From contig OZ249440.1 in NCBI GenBank assembly GCA_965235115.1, positions 9,300,001 to 9,364,000 of the forward strand: a stretch of DNA of 64,000 nt. Direction: 5' to 3'. This document shows positions 48,901-59,108 of the stretch, in pieces. The DNA comes from Laetmonice hystrix. Its lineage: Eukaryota. The notes under the pieces are model-generated. The model saw only the letters and a list, made by a program, of their open reading frames with translations. It ran no database searches and was not told the origin of the DNA. Each line of letters opens with the position of its first letter. Position 1 is the stretch's first letter. The translations under genes were made by a program, and so were the position numbers.

Positions 48901-51900
48901 CGGTGTAATGTCAATGTCCTCAGACAGCATGTGTGATGGGTATTGTGTCCTCAGCCAGCAGATGTAATATTTGTGCTGTTTCCGACTTTTGAATCTGCAG
49001 AAGAGTTGATGCAGAAGACCTTCGGGTCCTTCGGACACATCCAGGAGATTCGTGTCTTTAAAGACAAAGGCTACGCATTTGTAAGGTAAGTCTTATGGAA
49101 AAACGATTTACTTTTATAGTTTATTTAAATTCAAGTTTGCAGCACTTGTTCAGAATAAGTTCTCTTGGAAATTTAGCAATGATTAGAATGTGCCTGCGAA
49201 CTTTTCGTGAAGCCAAGAAATTCACGGTGGCTTCCAGTTTGCTTTCACTCAATATAAGATCTTAGCACCCCTTAAATCTGATTAAAATTTGTCACTTTTG
49301 ATGAGCATGTATTTTCTCTCGTTCTTACTGCCCGGTTGTTGTTGTGGTGTTTAGATTTTCCACAAAAGAAGCAGCAGCGCAGGCGATTGTTTCGGTGCAT
49401 GGTACCGAGATCAACGGTCACACAGTGAAGTGTTCGTGGGGCAAGGAATCGAGCGACCCCAGTCAGAATGCTAACTCTGGCGGAGCTGCCGGGTCTGGCG
49501 GACAGGTGGCAGCACAGCCGGTAAGTAACTCCCCTCGCCCACCCTCTCAACTCCCACCAACTCAAAGCTTTCACTCTCTCACTCACTCTTCTCTCCTGTT
49601 ACGTTTTCTAGACTAACCTTAAGTCTCTACAGTTAAGTTACAGTGAGTGCTTTAGATAGAATTAAGAGAGAGAAAAAATCAAAGAAAAATTGACACATTC
49701 GAGAGAGCCACTAATCACAGTTTTTGTCCAGTGTATGTTACCAACTCGTGGTTGTGCCAAACCAGAAGTGATTTCCTCACCATCGTGGTGTGATCTGGTC
49801 GTATTAAGCCTTCCATATTACACATACCACATTTGCAATGCCTTGAGTGTTTTTGTTTTATTTGAGTTTTTAATTGACTCAGGATTTTTTGGTTTGCTTT
49901 TCTCAAGTTAGTTTGGATCAGCTCTAGCCCACATGTGTAAATCTTGCTGTGTATTTTTGTCATATATTCACATCTTCTCCCCCCCCCCCCCAACCGCCCC
50001 AGATAAAGTTACGAATTACATTGAAGATCTCATCTCCGAGAAACCCGTTAAAAACCGGCCTTCCATCGCTCGGCGTCTGGATTCGATTAAGGGCACAATA
50101 GGATCATTAGACGTGAAATTCCCACACTTCCCAACACAATTAACCTGAAGGGGTTAGACCATTCCGGCTAGGCTCAGACAAGATTTGCCTTCTGGCTGAA
50201 AAAAAGGAGTGGAAACCCAGGACGGTCGACTACTTGAGAATAGTCACCCATTGACGGACTATTTTCCCATGTGGTTCAAGTAATCTGAGTGATTTTGTCA
50301 GTCTCAGTGTGTAAGCTTAGGTTGACTTGGCTAATCTTACCAAGCTTACGAGAACAGAGAAGTGGGGAGATGGGGGTGACTGGTAGAAGGTGGGATCATG
50401 GCTATGGCCGGATGTGTTTTTATTTGGCAATATTGGCAAAGAGCGCAGTCGGTTCGTAAGTTTGTCCGATTTACGCCGATAAGTCGGACTCTTCCGTTAG
50501 TTGATTCGTCGGAGAATCGCCCCAATTCCTTGAATACGTAAAATCGCATTGGCAAAGTAAACGGTTCATGTGAAGTGGAGAGGGATAAGATTGAGGACTT
50601 GGAAAAGGGGATTTTTGATATCAGGTCCGGGCAAAGTCAATGGCAATGCATATTGAAAGTGGATAGAGTTATTGGATGGAGTTATGATGGATCCCTCATT
50701 ACATGTAAACACTATATAGACTGACACAAGCAGATACCTGGCGGATTCAGGAAACAGTTCGACCGATGGCTCCAAGTTTGACAACAATTCAACAATTAAC
50801 TCAATACTTCTTAAACTGAATACTTCTTGGCACAAACCTTACGAGTACTTGCTAGATCGCCTTTAGTCTGTGCGCCAGGACAGCGCCCCCTCCCAATTCT
50901 CAAACTAGGACCGGCCTACCTAAGTGTTTATTGGTGCACTGTCAGAATATTTGGCAAGGCCGAATTGGGTCACATGCTCCTTCTCAAGGGGCAATTTTCT
51001 TCCGGCGTCCATGTTTGTTGAGTGGACAGCGAGAGAAACAAATGCTTGAAGCCAAGACACGAAATCGTGTCTACATTGGGTAATTCAATACGTAGCCTGG
51101 CCCAAGTGTTGATGAATGTGATTGTAATTAATGCGAGGAGTATTGGCGCAGAGACTGCACAGGTCCCATCGGTCATATCCTTGGTAGAAGAAGAAGATCT
51201 AATGTTCTCCCGGGAAATAGCTACTTATGGTGTCGCTTTGGTCCGGGGATGCCAAGGTCATTGGGTGTGGGTTTCAAATTGAAACGTTCATGTTAAATAA
51301 TGCTGAGGAATGGGAGGAAAATGGTAAGCCTTCACGATTCTTGGGAAAATTAGTTTCGCCTTCGTCTTCAGATTGGGTGGGTGTGTGGGTGTGTGGGTGG
51401 GTGAGGGGTAGTGTTGTTTAACGGGTTGTACAGAAGTAGGTCAAGGCCACACGTCATATGTCACGTGACAGTTTTGGGAAGAGGCCGTTCGACTGTCTCC
51501 GCGACTGGACGATCTTTACGTATTCAGCGGGCTGTAAATAAATTGAAATTAATCTATTGTTGATGAGACGAACACTTTTTTCTCGTTGCTTGTACCGTTT
51601 GCATTCAGGTGTTTTCTTTCGGCGCCAGGGAAGATTTGTTGGAATTGGGCATAGTATATTGGGGTGATTAAAAAATATATGCTTCACGGGTATGTTACGT
51701 AGTTAGTTGGTAGCTGAGATACTAAAACGGTAACGGAAAACGATGGTGGGACCAAACTCAGCGGTAATCTAAGGGATTTAATTATGGAAAAGGGAAAAAG
51801 GTCGCGACTTTGGGGTCGACATGTGATTCATTGATTAACTTATCCATTACATTTACTGACCATTGGCCTATAAATTTGTCTTTTTAGACGTAGGTCAAAT

Positions 51901-54900
51901 CTTTTATCTTTTTTTTCAATTTTTAATGGGACTTTTTACACAGCAATATTTAACTCCACAAGTTGAGATCCATAAGAAAATGTTTTTGTTACTTTTCTTA
52001 GTCTTTTCAAGTTAAAAGCTGCCCATATGAGGTCTTTTTCCTTTCTTATTTTTCCTCTTTGAATTAGTTCTGCGTTGACATTCGCAACATTTGAGGTGGT
52101 GTAGTGTGGTATGTTAGTCAAGTACAGTAAAACTTAAGTCCATCGCCCTCCATTTTTTTTTTCATTCCAATTCAAACTGTGATATTAACACCACTCTTTA
52201 TGGTTCTCCAATATTTCAATAACGCAGGCCTCACCACTAGGGCTAACACTTTTGCCCGGAGAAACTAAAATCAGCATTCAGGCAAGTGGATTTTACTCCA
52301 TGGTTGTCCGAATGGGCAAGTGAAATCTTATTTACATCTAAAATACCTTGTGCCCTGCGCTGTGCTGGAATGCCTTAGTTTCTTCCCGCGTCACAAAGCG
52401 CCTCATTGCCAACAAGCTATGCAGAACGTTTCAATGTAGTAGCACAGAAGATCTGGATTTTAGACCTTTGTGTATTTTGATAGTTTTAATATGGCCAGCA
52501 GTTTAAGCTAAATATAACAAGATTTTAAGGTCTCTGAAAGCGTACGAGTAGACGGTGTATCATTGTATATGGTATGTTAATTCTGTGGACCACACGTTAG
52601 GTCACTTGCCCAGGTGGACAGTCCGTCCCATTCACTGTGTTATGTACTTGTCCGTGCAAGTCCTCAGATTGTTCACGACTGTATACTTTAGCTGCCGCTT
52701 CTGCTTCGTCTCGCTCAGCTCGACATAGTATACATCCACACACTCGCACATTATGCGACAAAACGTCTGGAAGCCATTCGTTGTTTATCTCTATTTAGCT
52801 CAAATTGTAGAGAGAAAAAAAGCAAATAGATGCAGCAGCTGACGTTAAGATAAGAATCCGGTAGAACGTTTTGGTAAAGATTTAGGTTAGATATTTGTAC
52901 AAACGGGACGCGGAGGACTACTATTGTGTTTGTTGGCTTCAGGAAGATTTAGTACGGTAGTGGTGTTGTTTTGTGCCTAGAATCGTCTTGGTAGAATGTG
53001 TCAGTGTGTTGATGTGTTTAGGGTATTGATGTCATGTAACGTTGGATTGGGAGGGTATAGGTGACATTGAAGGCAGGGAAACCCCTGTCACCAGGATGGC
53101 CGGCCAGGAGAGCCACGTTGTTGGGTGGTGAATTGGTCGGCCGGTAGGTGGTGTTGATGGTGTAACTGTCATTCTGCTGCCTCGGCTGCCGGCTCACTCA
53201 TGGTCTAATCCCGACTATCACATCTTCATTCCTTCTCAGATACTGAACCCTTAAACAGAGATAAGAGAAAAGTCAGATTGTTTGGAAATAGGCATAATGA
53301 AATACACATCATTGCCATAGTGGGTCACTCTTGACGAAAGTAAGCTGCCAGAACCTTTGAAATTGATTGAACCAGCTGCATGGAATAACTAAACATTCCT
53401 TGTACATCACTCAAAGCATATGTTACAGTTTATGCTAATATTCTGAGAACCATTCTTAATTGACATTTAATGCGAAATGACCAGAATATGTCTTTGTTCC
53501 ATGTTAGGTTGCCAAGAATGATTTCTGTGTTTCTATAAATGAAGGTTTTTCATTGGGTGTTGTATTTTTCTTCTCTTCCTACAGCAACAGTACGGAGGCC
53601 AGCCCTATGGCCAGCCCTACTATAACCAGTTGGGCTACTATTACCAAGGTTACCAGCAGGCGGCCATCACACAACAGATGGGCTACACCCAACCCTACGT
53701 TCAGCAGGGCTACAGTTATCAGGGGTACGGGTAGGTGCTCGCTATAGCTAACACTAGGCCTTAGTTACTCATGGTGCTCTCCTAATATAGTCACTCGCTT
53801 GGTCTGCATCAACTCAGTCAGAATTGTTGGGGGGGGGGGGGGGGATCTGGAAACCGAAATTTTAACATTTGTTTTGTTGTTTCCAAAGTGTCTTTTTTTT
53901 ATGGACAGTGTCAGTGCGGGGATGTATGTTTGTATTAAATTTTGTTATTTTGTTTTTTGTATGTTGGGATAAAAAGCACGTGTGTTGAGAATTTTTTGTA
54001 ACAAAAGTTTGTGTTACAAACGGGGTGATTTGATAAAGAAGACAAAGATGAGAAAATTGATTTATATTTGGTTAAACCTAAAACCTGAGCCAAAGCGTGG
54101 ACAATACACATTTGGCATACCTTTGAGAGACAAGATGCAAACAAGCAAGGAGACATACAAATTAGTCATCATTTCACTGTCGTAAGGGGAAAACGTCCCC
54201 GTATTTTCTCTAGCCTGGCCGAGTTCGTTGGGACTTTGAATAAACAAGCCTTACGAATCTCTAGGAAAGCACCAAGAGATGTAGTTTTGTCTTTGTGCAT
54301 AATCCTTTCGTTTTGTAAGAGTTGGAAAGAAGATTCTGTTGAAGTCTGGACGAGTCAGGTAAGTTTTCTATCTCAGACTGCTGTTGTTTTTTATGTTTCT
54401 GGATTACCTTTCGTGTAGCTGGTCCCCTGTTGGTCTTGGAGCGTTAACCCGCTGCCTACAGATCACTTACTAAACCATAGATATGTAAACATTAAGCAAA
54501 TATTGAAATGGAATTTTTATTCTGTATTTGAAGGTGTTTTTCGAAATTGACTGCGGAGAATTTGGCGTTTATTCTTTATACTATTTCTCAACTTTTAGTC
54601 ATTTACCGTCTGCATGATTTTTTCCCCTCTCAATTCCTTCATCATATATATATTAATTAGTGAGTGTTGGCAAACGTATCATGTACCTAACCCACCCGTT
54701 GAGATTCCAAACATCAAGTTGTTCTAACCTGCCGCTGTCAACTTTACATCTCTAGGTTTTACCTATGTCGGTGTCGTATCCTTCAACTCTTGGTAGTCAG
54801 AAGTCAGAAACCCTAAAGGAAGGACGAAAATTAAAGGAAAATATTTAAATTGACAGATAACTCACAGCATCGACACAAATAACCCATAGCAAGGAATTTG

Positions 54901-57900
54901 ACGACCTGGGGGTAGCATGTGTTTTAGATCGGACAAGAATGTGACATCTTTTGTCTGTTAATATGTCTCGAGATTCCTGACAGCCAAATCCCTAAATTTA
55001 CCTTTTCGTCTGAGTCCTGTAGAGGTCGTGCGTTTTTATAAAGTTTATTTTTAAAGTTTATAACATTTCAAATATTCGGAAAAGGTCCTCGCGAGTTTTA
55101 GGAGGGATATTGCACAGGTTTTTTTTAATTCTCTGAGATACTTAGTGTTTGCACAGATATGTCACAAAACACTTCGTACAAGAGTGCACTTGATTTCTAA
55201 GCCTGATCCAAACCCCAAACGACCCGACCCTTGGGCCCTTGGAGATGGTGCCGCATTTTATGTGCATTTTACTACAATTTTCCTAATACTTAGAATGCAT
55301 ATTTTTGTTTGTGACGTAGTTTGTACTCTTTCATATAATCTGCTAAATATAGTCCTAGTCATTGAATCACAATTAATGTCAACTAGTTACTAACATTGTG
55401 TAGTTAAGTAACAAATATAGTTCTTTAGTAATACCGTTTCAAGTTATTTTAAGAACCAGTTAACCTTAGAAACTATTAAGCCAATTCCTGATACCTGTAG
55501 CTTTTACAACCAAATTATACACACACCTCTCGCCCGAGAAATAAATATTGCCAAGGAGACTGGCACAGATATGTAACTCTGTTTATACTCAGGGGGCATA
55601 GATTTCAAAAGTGTAACAAATCACAAAGATATCCCCCCCCCCCATTTAGTAGCCGGAAAGCCGGAAGAATCAAAACTAGGTCCTAATTTGACAGCATTAT
55701 TGATGTAGTTCTTTTAAATTTCCTACCGAATAAAACTTTGGTATTATATTATTTTTTTCAAAACACACATTTCGAATCCTGACCTCAACGATTCGCCCCT
55801 ATTGACGATCTGAAGAACTCAGGCCCTGTCGTGTTCGTTGTTGCTGCGTTGTTGAGTGTTGTTCTGATGGTGGTTGTTTTGTGTTGGTTTACAGGGGCAT
55901 GAACATGCCTATGCAGGCGGCCTGGGGCGGGCTTCAGATGCAGCCAGGACAGCAGCAGCAGTACAACGGCCAGCAACAGGGGATGCTCGGGTACCCTATG
56001 CAGCAGGGTCAGTAGAGGCCCAGTCTACTGTATCCTTCCTACAACACCCTAAAATGTAAATTCCCAAAAACGCAAATCCACCAGCATGAAGCATCGCACC
56101 ATGTCCGCACCACCTTAGACCTTGAAAAGCTCTCTGAAGTTACTTTTTGGGATGGGTATCTGAGACTCGGTGAGAATTAGTTGAAATCGTCCTTTTGAAG
56201 TTGTGTTTTTTTAATGATTTAAATGATGGCATTGAACAGAGAGAAGAAGTCTAGGACAGACCGGCAGGTGCTATGTTTACTGTTGGTGAAGGAACGTGAG
56301 AATGTGAATATTGCTCTGACACAAATGGTACGAAGCTCTGAGTATGATGTGTGTTGGTTGATTGAGGTGGAGAGAAGCAGGTCGTAGAGACAGATGGTTA
56401 GGTCCTTGGAGAGAAGTGATAGTCGAGATATGAGACAGCGATGAGGCGTTTTTCTGTGTTTACAAAGGACTTGAATGGACGTGCTTTACGGCAGGTTATA
56501 AACACCTAGTTTGTATTCACAACGCATCATCATTCAGCAGAAAATGGGTGGCAGTAAATCTTATATTGGCTGGGACCATTTGAAGCGGGGTGAAATGGGC
56601 TGTAACCTGACACAGTTATGGCAGAATTTGTTTGTGATTTTCTGGAGGGACCCTACCACAGTGGGCGACTCGTAGGTTGGTGAGGCTTGAAATCTGTCTT
56701 CGTCCTGAACTTCAGATGCGGTTCCATCTGTTCTCCATATTCACTCCCCAGTTCGGGACCAGATGCACCCCACATCCAAACCACAGTTTGGTTCCATCTG
56801 TCCCTCTCCTTCCCCACAATAACAGTTCCATCTGCCATCTCAACACTAGCACATCGGTCCAGTTCCAGCTGCTGTCTCCACATTGATATTACCCCATAGT
56901 GTTCCAGCTGCCCCCTAACCCATCACTCATTGCCATGGCACCTGAGGTGCATTTCTAGTTGCAGCCCCCCCCCCCACATTGACACCTCAGTATACTGTTC
57001 CATCTGTCCACATTAATATTTCAGCTGCACCTCCCCACTTGCCTTCCCCATTTTACCGTTAAGCTGTGGTTCCAGCTGACTCCCGACCGCCGGTACTTTA
57101 GAAGCAGTTTGTGATGCCGTTCGGCGGCTGTAGGCAGTCTTTGTAAGACGGTATTGGAGGTCTTCACCGACCAGGTTATAAAAGCGGCGTAAAGAGCCGA
57201 ACCAATCAAAGTGGCAGAATGACCGACCACCTGCCAGTCAAGTGGCCGATCGTGCAGGCCTCCATATACTGTCGCTGGACTGGGCCGTTAACGGCACCAA
57301 GTCAAACACCGCCAGTCTGCCCACCATTAGAGGGGAGGGGAGCCGAAGCCGGAGGAGAGCGGGCAGGGCAGGGGCGGACCAAGAATTTTGCATAAAAAAA
57401 GGGGTTAGTCCGACGTGGAAAACTGTCAAAGAAAGGGATTCAACCTCCCCCCCCCCCCCCCAAAAAAAAAGTTGGGATCAGAAAAATTATGGGGAAAAAT
57501 CAGATGACTCAGGGGGTCCGGACTCCCTAGATCCTTCCAGGGGCCCACAGGACATGTGAAGGTAAAGTTTGGATGTTAGCCACCAACTTCTCCCCCGTCA
57601 TCCCGTCTAGGGAGGGTATTTACCCGAGGCCAGGGAGGGGGGTCAGACAATGCACCCCGTACATACACCACCCATTGAGACCGGTAGGAGGTTTGTGTAG
57701 GGAGAAGACGTAACAGGGAAAACGAATTAGAGACAGAATGTTGAGGGTGGGGCGGGCGATGGTAGACGCCATGTCCCACTCTGGTGGCTGGAGTATTGTT
57801 TTGACAACATCACACACTGGATGGTGGCGGTTGTTTTTGGCGGGTGTGGTGATTTTAGGCGGGTGTGGTGATTGTAGGCGGGTGTGGTGATTGTAGGCGG

Positions 57901-59108
57901 GTGTGGTGATTGTAGGCGGGTGTGGTGATTGTAGGCGGGTGTGGTGATTGTAGGCGGGTGTGGTGATTGTAGGCGGGTGTGGTGATTGTAGGCGGGTGTG
58001 GTGATTGTAGGCGGGTGTGGTGATTGTAGGCGGGTGTGGTGATTGTAGGCGGGTGTGGTGATTGTAGCTAGTATTGTAGGTTAGAAGGGTTATCTATCAA
58101 TTGGTCATTCAAAACACGGATAGTTCACGACTGTTTTCATTATCAAGCCCCCCTCCCCCACCACCACCACCACCACCAGCTCCTTCCAAAAGCATCTTTA
58201 CTGATGGAATCTTGATGTTGGTAATGGTATTTCAGTGGTGTAGGAAGGAAAACAATATGGGGGGGGCAGAAGTGACGTCACAATGACTTAGGCCGACGGC
58301 TCTGCATTAAACCTGTAGTCATTTTATAAATATGGGGGGGGGGGGGGGGAGCTGCAGCCCCCTCAGCCCCCAGTTTCCTACGCCTATACATTTAATAATA
58401 AACTATATGTTTTGTGTTTTGTTAGGGTTAAACACGTTAGGCGTTGGTCTAAGTTCAAACCATATCTGTCCGTAAGTAGTTGGGGCTGTAATGGACAAAG
58501 GAACGACGTGATTGCTCATTATATGGGTCCGTAACCATTGGAAACAGAGTAGGGTTTTGGATTTCAAAGCTGATCAAACTATTCCACTGATACCCTGCTT
58601 AGAGCTACCTATTAAAGTACACCGAGTCCTTAAAGCATGTTTGGTCTTGGAAAGAATTTTTTTTTTAATATGGTGAGGAAATATTTAACTTGCCTACAGC
58701 CTTCTTGGTTTCATCAGTATGAACCCCCCACCCTCCATTTTTTAGTGCTTACTTCGTTTTTGCAGCCCACCTTCCTTTGCAATCGGCGGGGTATTGGAGC
58801 GAGATTAAAAATATTAATATTAAATAAGAACGCCGGATAGTAGGAGGTTTGATACAATTTAGACTGACAACGAAAGAAAAGGAAGAAGGGACTAGTTCGG
58901 GTTGGGAGGATATTCCTTCAAGAGAAGTTTGTAGTTTAGTCAGCCAGCAAGGGACCATGTCTGGGTGGGTTTGGATTGTCAGTCGTTGTCTCTCAGTGTT
59001 GTATGTGGAGTTTAGTATAAAGTTGTTTGATGCAAGATGTTCTATTCACAGATGGCCTGATGTGTGTGTTCTGCTTGTTTCTTTTCAGGGTTCCAGCAAG
59101 CTCAATAA
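3895..59108 (+). CDS. TIAL1: TIA-1/TIAR family RNA-binding protein, 5'-partial spliced gene (9 coding exons in window: RRM2, RRM3, Q/Y/G-rich prion-like domain)
   Basis: Joined exons translate without stops: [30 protein letters not shown]/[152 protein letters not shown]...[27 protein letters not shown]...[16 protein letters not shown]...GYPMQQG/FQQAQ*. RNP2 (IFVGDL, VYCGGI) and RNP1 ([16 protein letters not shown]) motifs and IRTNWA are typical of TIA1/TIAL1. Exon sizes of 88, 76, 85 and 146 nt match human TIA1 as I recall them. TIA1 versus TIAL1 cannot be distinguished; it is probably a co-orthologue of both. Confidence 0.96.
6302..6488. repeat. 20-bp minisatellite GGACGCTCAGTCCAGAGACT, ~9 copies
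   Basis: Direct reading. Confidence 0.95.
8695..8965. repeat. 33-bp minisatellite (GATTCGGATCAGCCTTGTAAAGGGATGGCTTGT), ~8 copies
   Basis: Direct reading; gives the 11-aa periodic ORFs. Confidence 0.95.
9420..9652. repeat. 30-bp minisatellite (GTGCACCATTCAGTGGTGATGGGGTTGGAC), ~7.5 copies
   Basis: Direct reading. Confidence 0.95.
11755..11829. repeat. 14-bp tandem repeat CATGGTTGGTGTAT, ~5 copies
   Basis: Direct reading. Confidence 0.9.
16045..16058. promoter_or_regulatory. RFX X-box GTTGCCATGGTAAC
   Basis: Match to the RFX palindromic consensus; motif only. Confidence 0.45.
17475..17525 (+). other. Candidate 51-nt alternative cassette exon with GC donor
   Basis: ttatatttgttcctAG|GTATTATGG...CATCTCAAG|gcagtctttttttt; CTAAC branch-like motif at ~17404; in frame, adds [17 protein letters not shown]. 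Confidence 0.45.
17872..17885. promoter_or_regulatory. RFX X-box GTTGCCATGGAAAC
   Basis: Match to the RFX consensus; motif only. Confidence 0.45.
19381..19465. repeat. poly-C plus (CCA)n low-complexity tract
   Basis: Direct reading. Confidence 0.85.
23499..23574 (+). CDS. TIAL1: TIA/TIAR exon (76 nt): [25 protein letters not shown]
   Basis: Branch ACTAAC at 23471, acceptor ttgcttttgtAG at 23497-23498, donor GAG|gtgagt at 23575; RNP1 RGYGFVSF; phase fits previous exon. Confidence 0.97.
24415..24655. repeat. 30-bp minisatellite (CGGTCCGGCAAGGGGGGCGCTAGACGTGGA), ~8 copies
   Basis: Direct reading. Confidence 0.95.
24742..25412. repeat. 41-bp minisatellite (GACAGCAATCAGACCAACCCAAAGTGATATCACCATACAGT), ~16 copies
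   Basis: Direct reading; period 24781 to 24822; two variants (CAGTGAC / CACGGAC). Confidence 0.96.
26371..26567. repeat. Degenerate 26-bp minisatellite (CCACTGTAAGGTGTCAGTGTCCCAAA), ~7 copies
   Basis: Direct reading. Confidence 0.88.
27895..28193. repeat. 28-bp minisatellite (TTGCCTGGACAAGCTTGACGGTAAGACA), ~10 copies
   Basis: Direct reading. Confidence 0.95.
29628..29641 (+). promoter_or_regulatory. CTCF core motif CCACCAGGTGGCAC
   Basis: Matches CCASYAGRKGGCRS; motif only. Confidence 0.4.
30657..31345. repeat. ~33-36-bp minisatellite with core CCACCACCTTACAGTGGTGG, ~19 copies
   Basis: Direct reading; several unit variants. Confidence 0.95.
33119..34036. repeat. 20-bp minisatellite CCCAGTCCCAGCACTGAACG, ~45 copies
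   Basis: Direct reading; source of the 302/315-aa pseudo-ORFs. Confidence 0.97.
35355..35460 (+). CDS. TIAL1: TIA/TIAR exon (106 nt): [31 protein letters not shown]
   Basis: Acceptor tttgtgtttttcAG at 35353-35354, donor T|gtaagt at 35461; IRTNWA motif ending RRM2. Confidence 0.97.
36889..37838. repeat. Compound minisatellite of 43-bp (A) and 59-bp (B) units sharing CCCCGGGCCATGTTGAGGCGGTGATAGCTTAGGGTTGTGG
   Basis: Direct reading; A+B = 102 bp gives the 34-aa ORF period. Confidence 0.96.
38751..39019. mobile_element. 269-bp MITE-like fold-back element with perfect 69-bp terminal inverted repeats
   Basis: 38751-38819 (CTGGGCCCGGTTTTTTTGTTTACTTTTCCACCGTGAGCAAGGGTGAGCTGAGCTGAGCAAGGGTGAGCA) is the exact reverse complement of 38951-39019; the interior is also partly self-complementary; the GGGCCC ends resemble PIF/Harbinger MITEs (inference). 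Confidence 0.85.
40893..41022. other. Assembly gap (130 N) next to a CT-rich microsatellite
   Basis: Run of N. Confidence 1.
41211..41303 (+). CDS. TIAL1: TIA/TIAR exon (93 nt): [30 protein letters not shown]
   Basis: Acceptor ttttttcttgttgcAG at 41209-41210, donor G|gtgagt at 41304; NCTVYCGG starts RRM3. Confidence 0.97.
42667..42859. repeat. (GTA)n/(GTAT/GCA) compound microsatellite
   Basis: Direct reading. Confidence 0.92.
43522..43969. repeat. 32-bp minisatellite (CATGTGGCCTGACATTGTACAGTCTGGGTTTC), ~13 copies
   Basis: Direct reading; period 43623 to 43655. Confidence 0.95.
46976..47168. repeat. 42-bp minisatellite (TCACGTGACGTACAGCCAGCCAATCACAGCCTCCCTGTCGCA), ~4.5 copies
   Basis: Direct reading; units start at 46976, 47019, 47061, 47103, 47145. 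Confidence 0.93.
48541..48610 (+). repeat. G-rich imperfect repeat (GGTTAGGAGGGGTTGGGAGGGG), G-quadruplex candidate
   Basis: At least six G3+ runs in 70 nt. Confidence 0.6.
49001..49085 (+). CDS. TIAL1: TIA/TIAR exon (85 nt): [28 protein letters not shown]
   Basis: Acceptor gaatctgcAG at 48999-49000, donor AG|gtaagt at 49086; RNP1 KGYAFVRF. Confidence 0.97.
49355..49520 (+). CDS. TIAL1: TIA/TIAR exon (166 nt): [32 protein letters not shown]...AAQP
   Basis: Acceptor ggtgtttAG at 49353-49354, donor CCG|gtaagt at 49521; VKCSWGKE ends RRM3. Confidence 0.96.
53585..53730 (+). CDS. TIAL1: TIA/TIAR exon (146 nt), Q/Y/G-rich prion-like domain
   Basis: Acceptor ttcttctcttcctacAG at 53583-53584, donor GG|gtaggt at 53731; [25 protein letters not shown]... 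Confidence 0.92.
55895..56007 (+). CDS. TIAL1: TIA/TIAR exon (113 nt), prion-like domain: [37 protein letters not shown]
   Basis: Acceptor gttggtttacAG at 55893-55894, phase 2 fits the previous exon; donor CAGG|gtcagt at 56008 (read-through would stop at TAG 56013-56015). Confidence 0.88.
57840..58067. repeat. 19-bp minisatellite GCGGGTGTGGTGATTGTAG, 12 copies
   Basis: Direct reading. Confidence 0.96.
58336..58388 (-). mobile_element. Possible end fragment of a nonautonomous DNA transposon (ATAGGCGTAGGAAACTGGGGGCTGAGGGGGCTGCAGCTCCCCC)
   Basis: Resembles a repeat end I recognise from marine invertebrate genomes; no partner end identified. Confidence 0.3.
59089..59108 (+). CDS. TIAL1: Probable terminal coding exon: (G)FQQAQ*
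   Basis: Strong acceptor ctgcttgtttcttttcAG at 59087-59088; phase 1 fits donor 56008; TAA at 59106-59108; GFQQAQ* resembles the ...GYETQ*/...YQTQ* ends of vertebrate TIA1/TIAL1. Confidence 0.75.

Noticed and set aside
49506-49520. In-frame alternative donor CAG|GTGGCA, 15 nt upstream of the used donor
   Set aside because: Poor +3 to +6 match compared with the adjacent GTAAGT.
49344-49616. ORF-track proteins 49344-49616 and 35280-35489 as standalone genes
   Set aside because: They are TIA exons read through flanking intron; their starts and stops are intronic.
3983-59088. Intronic snoRNA search (C box RTGATGA with D box CTGA; H/ACA)
   Set aside because: Only isolated box-like words, without correct spacing or terminal stems; cannot be supported without snoscan or Infernal.
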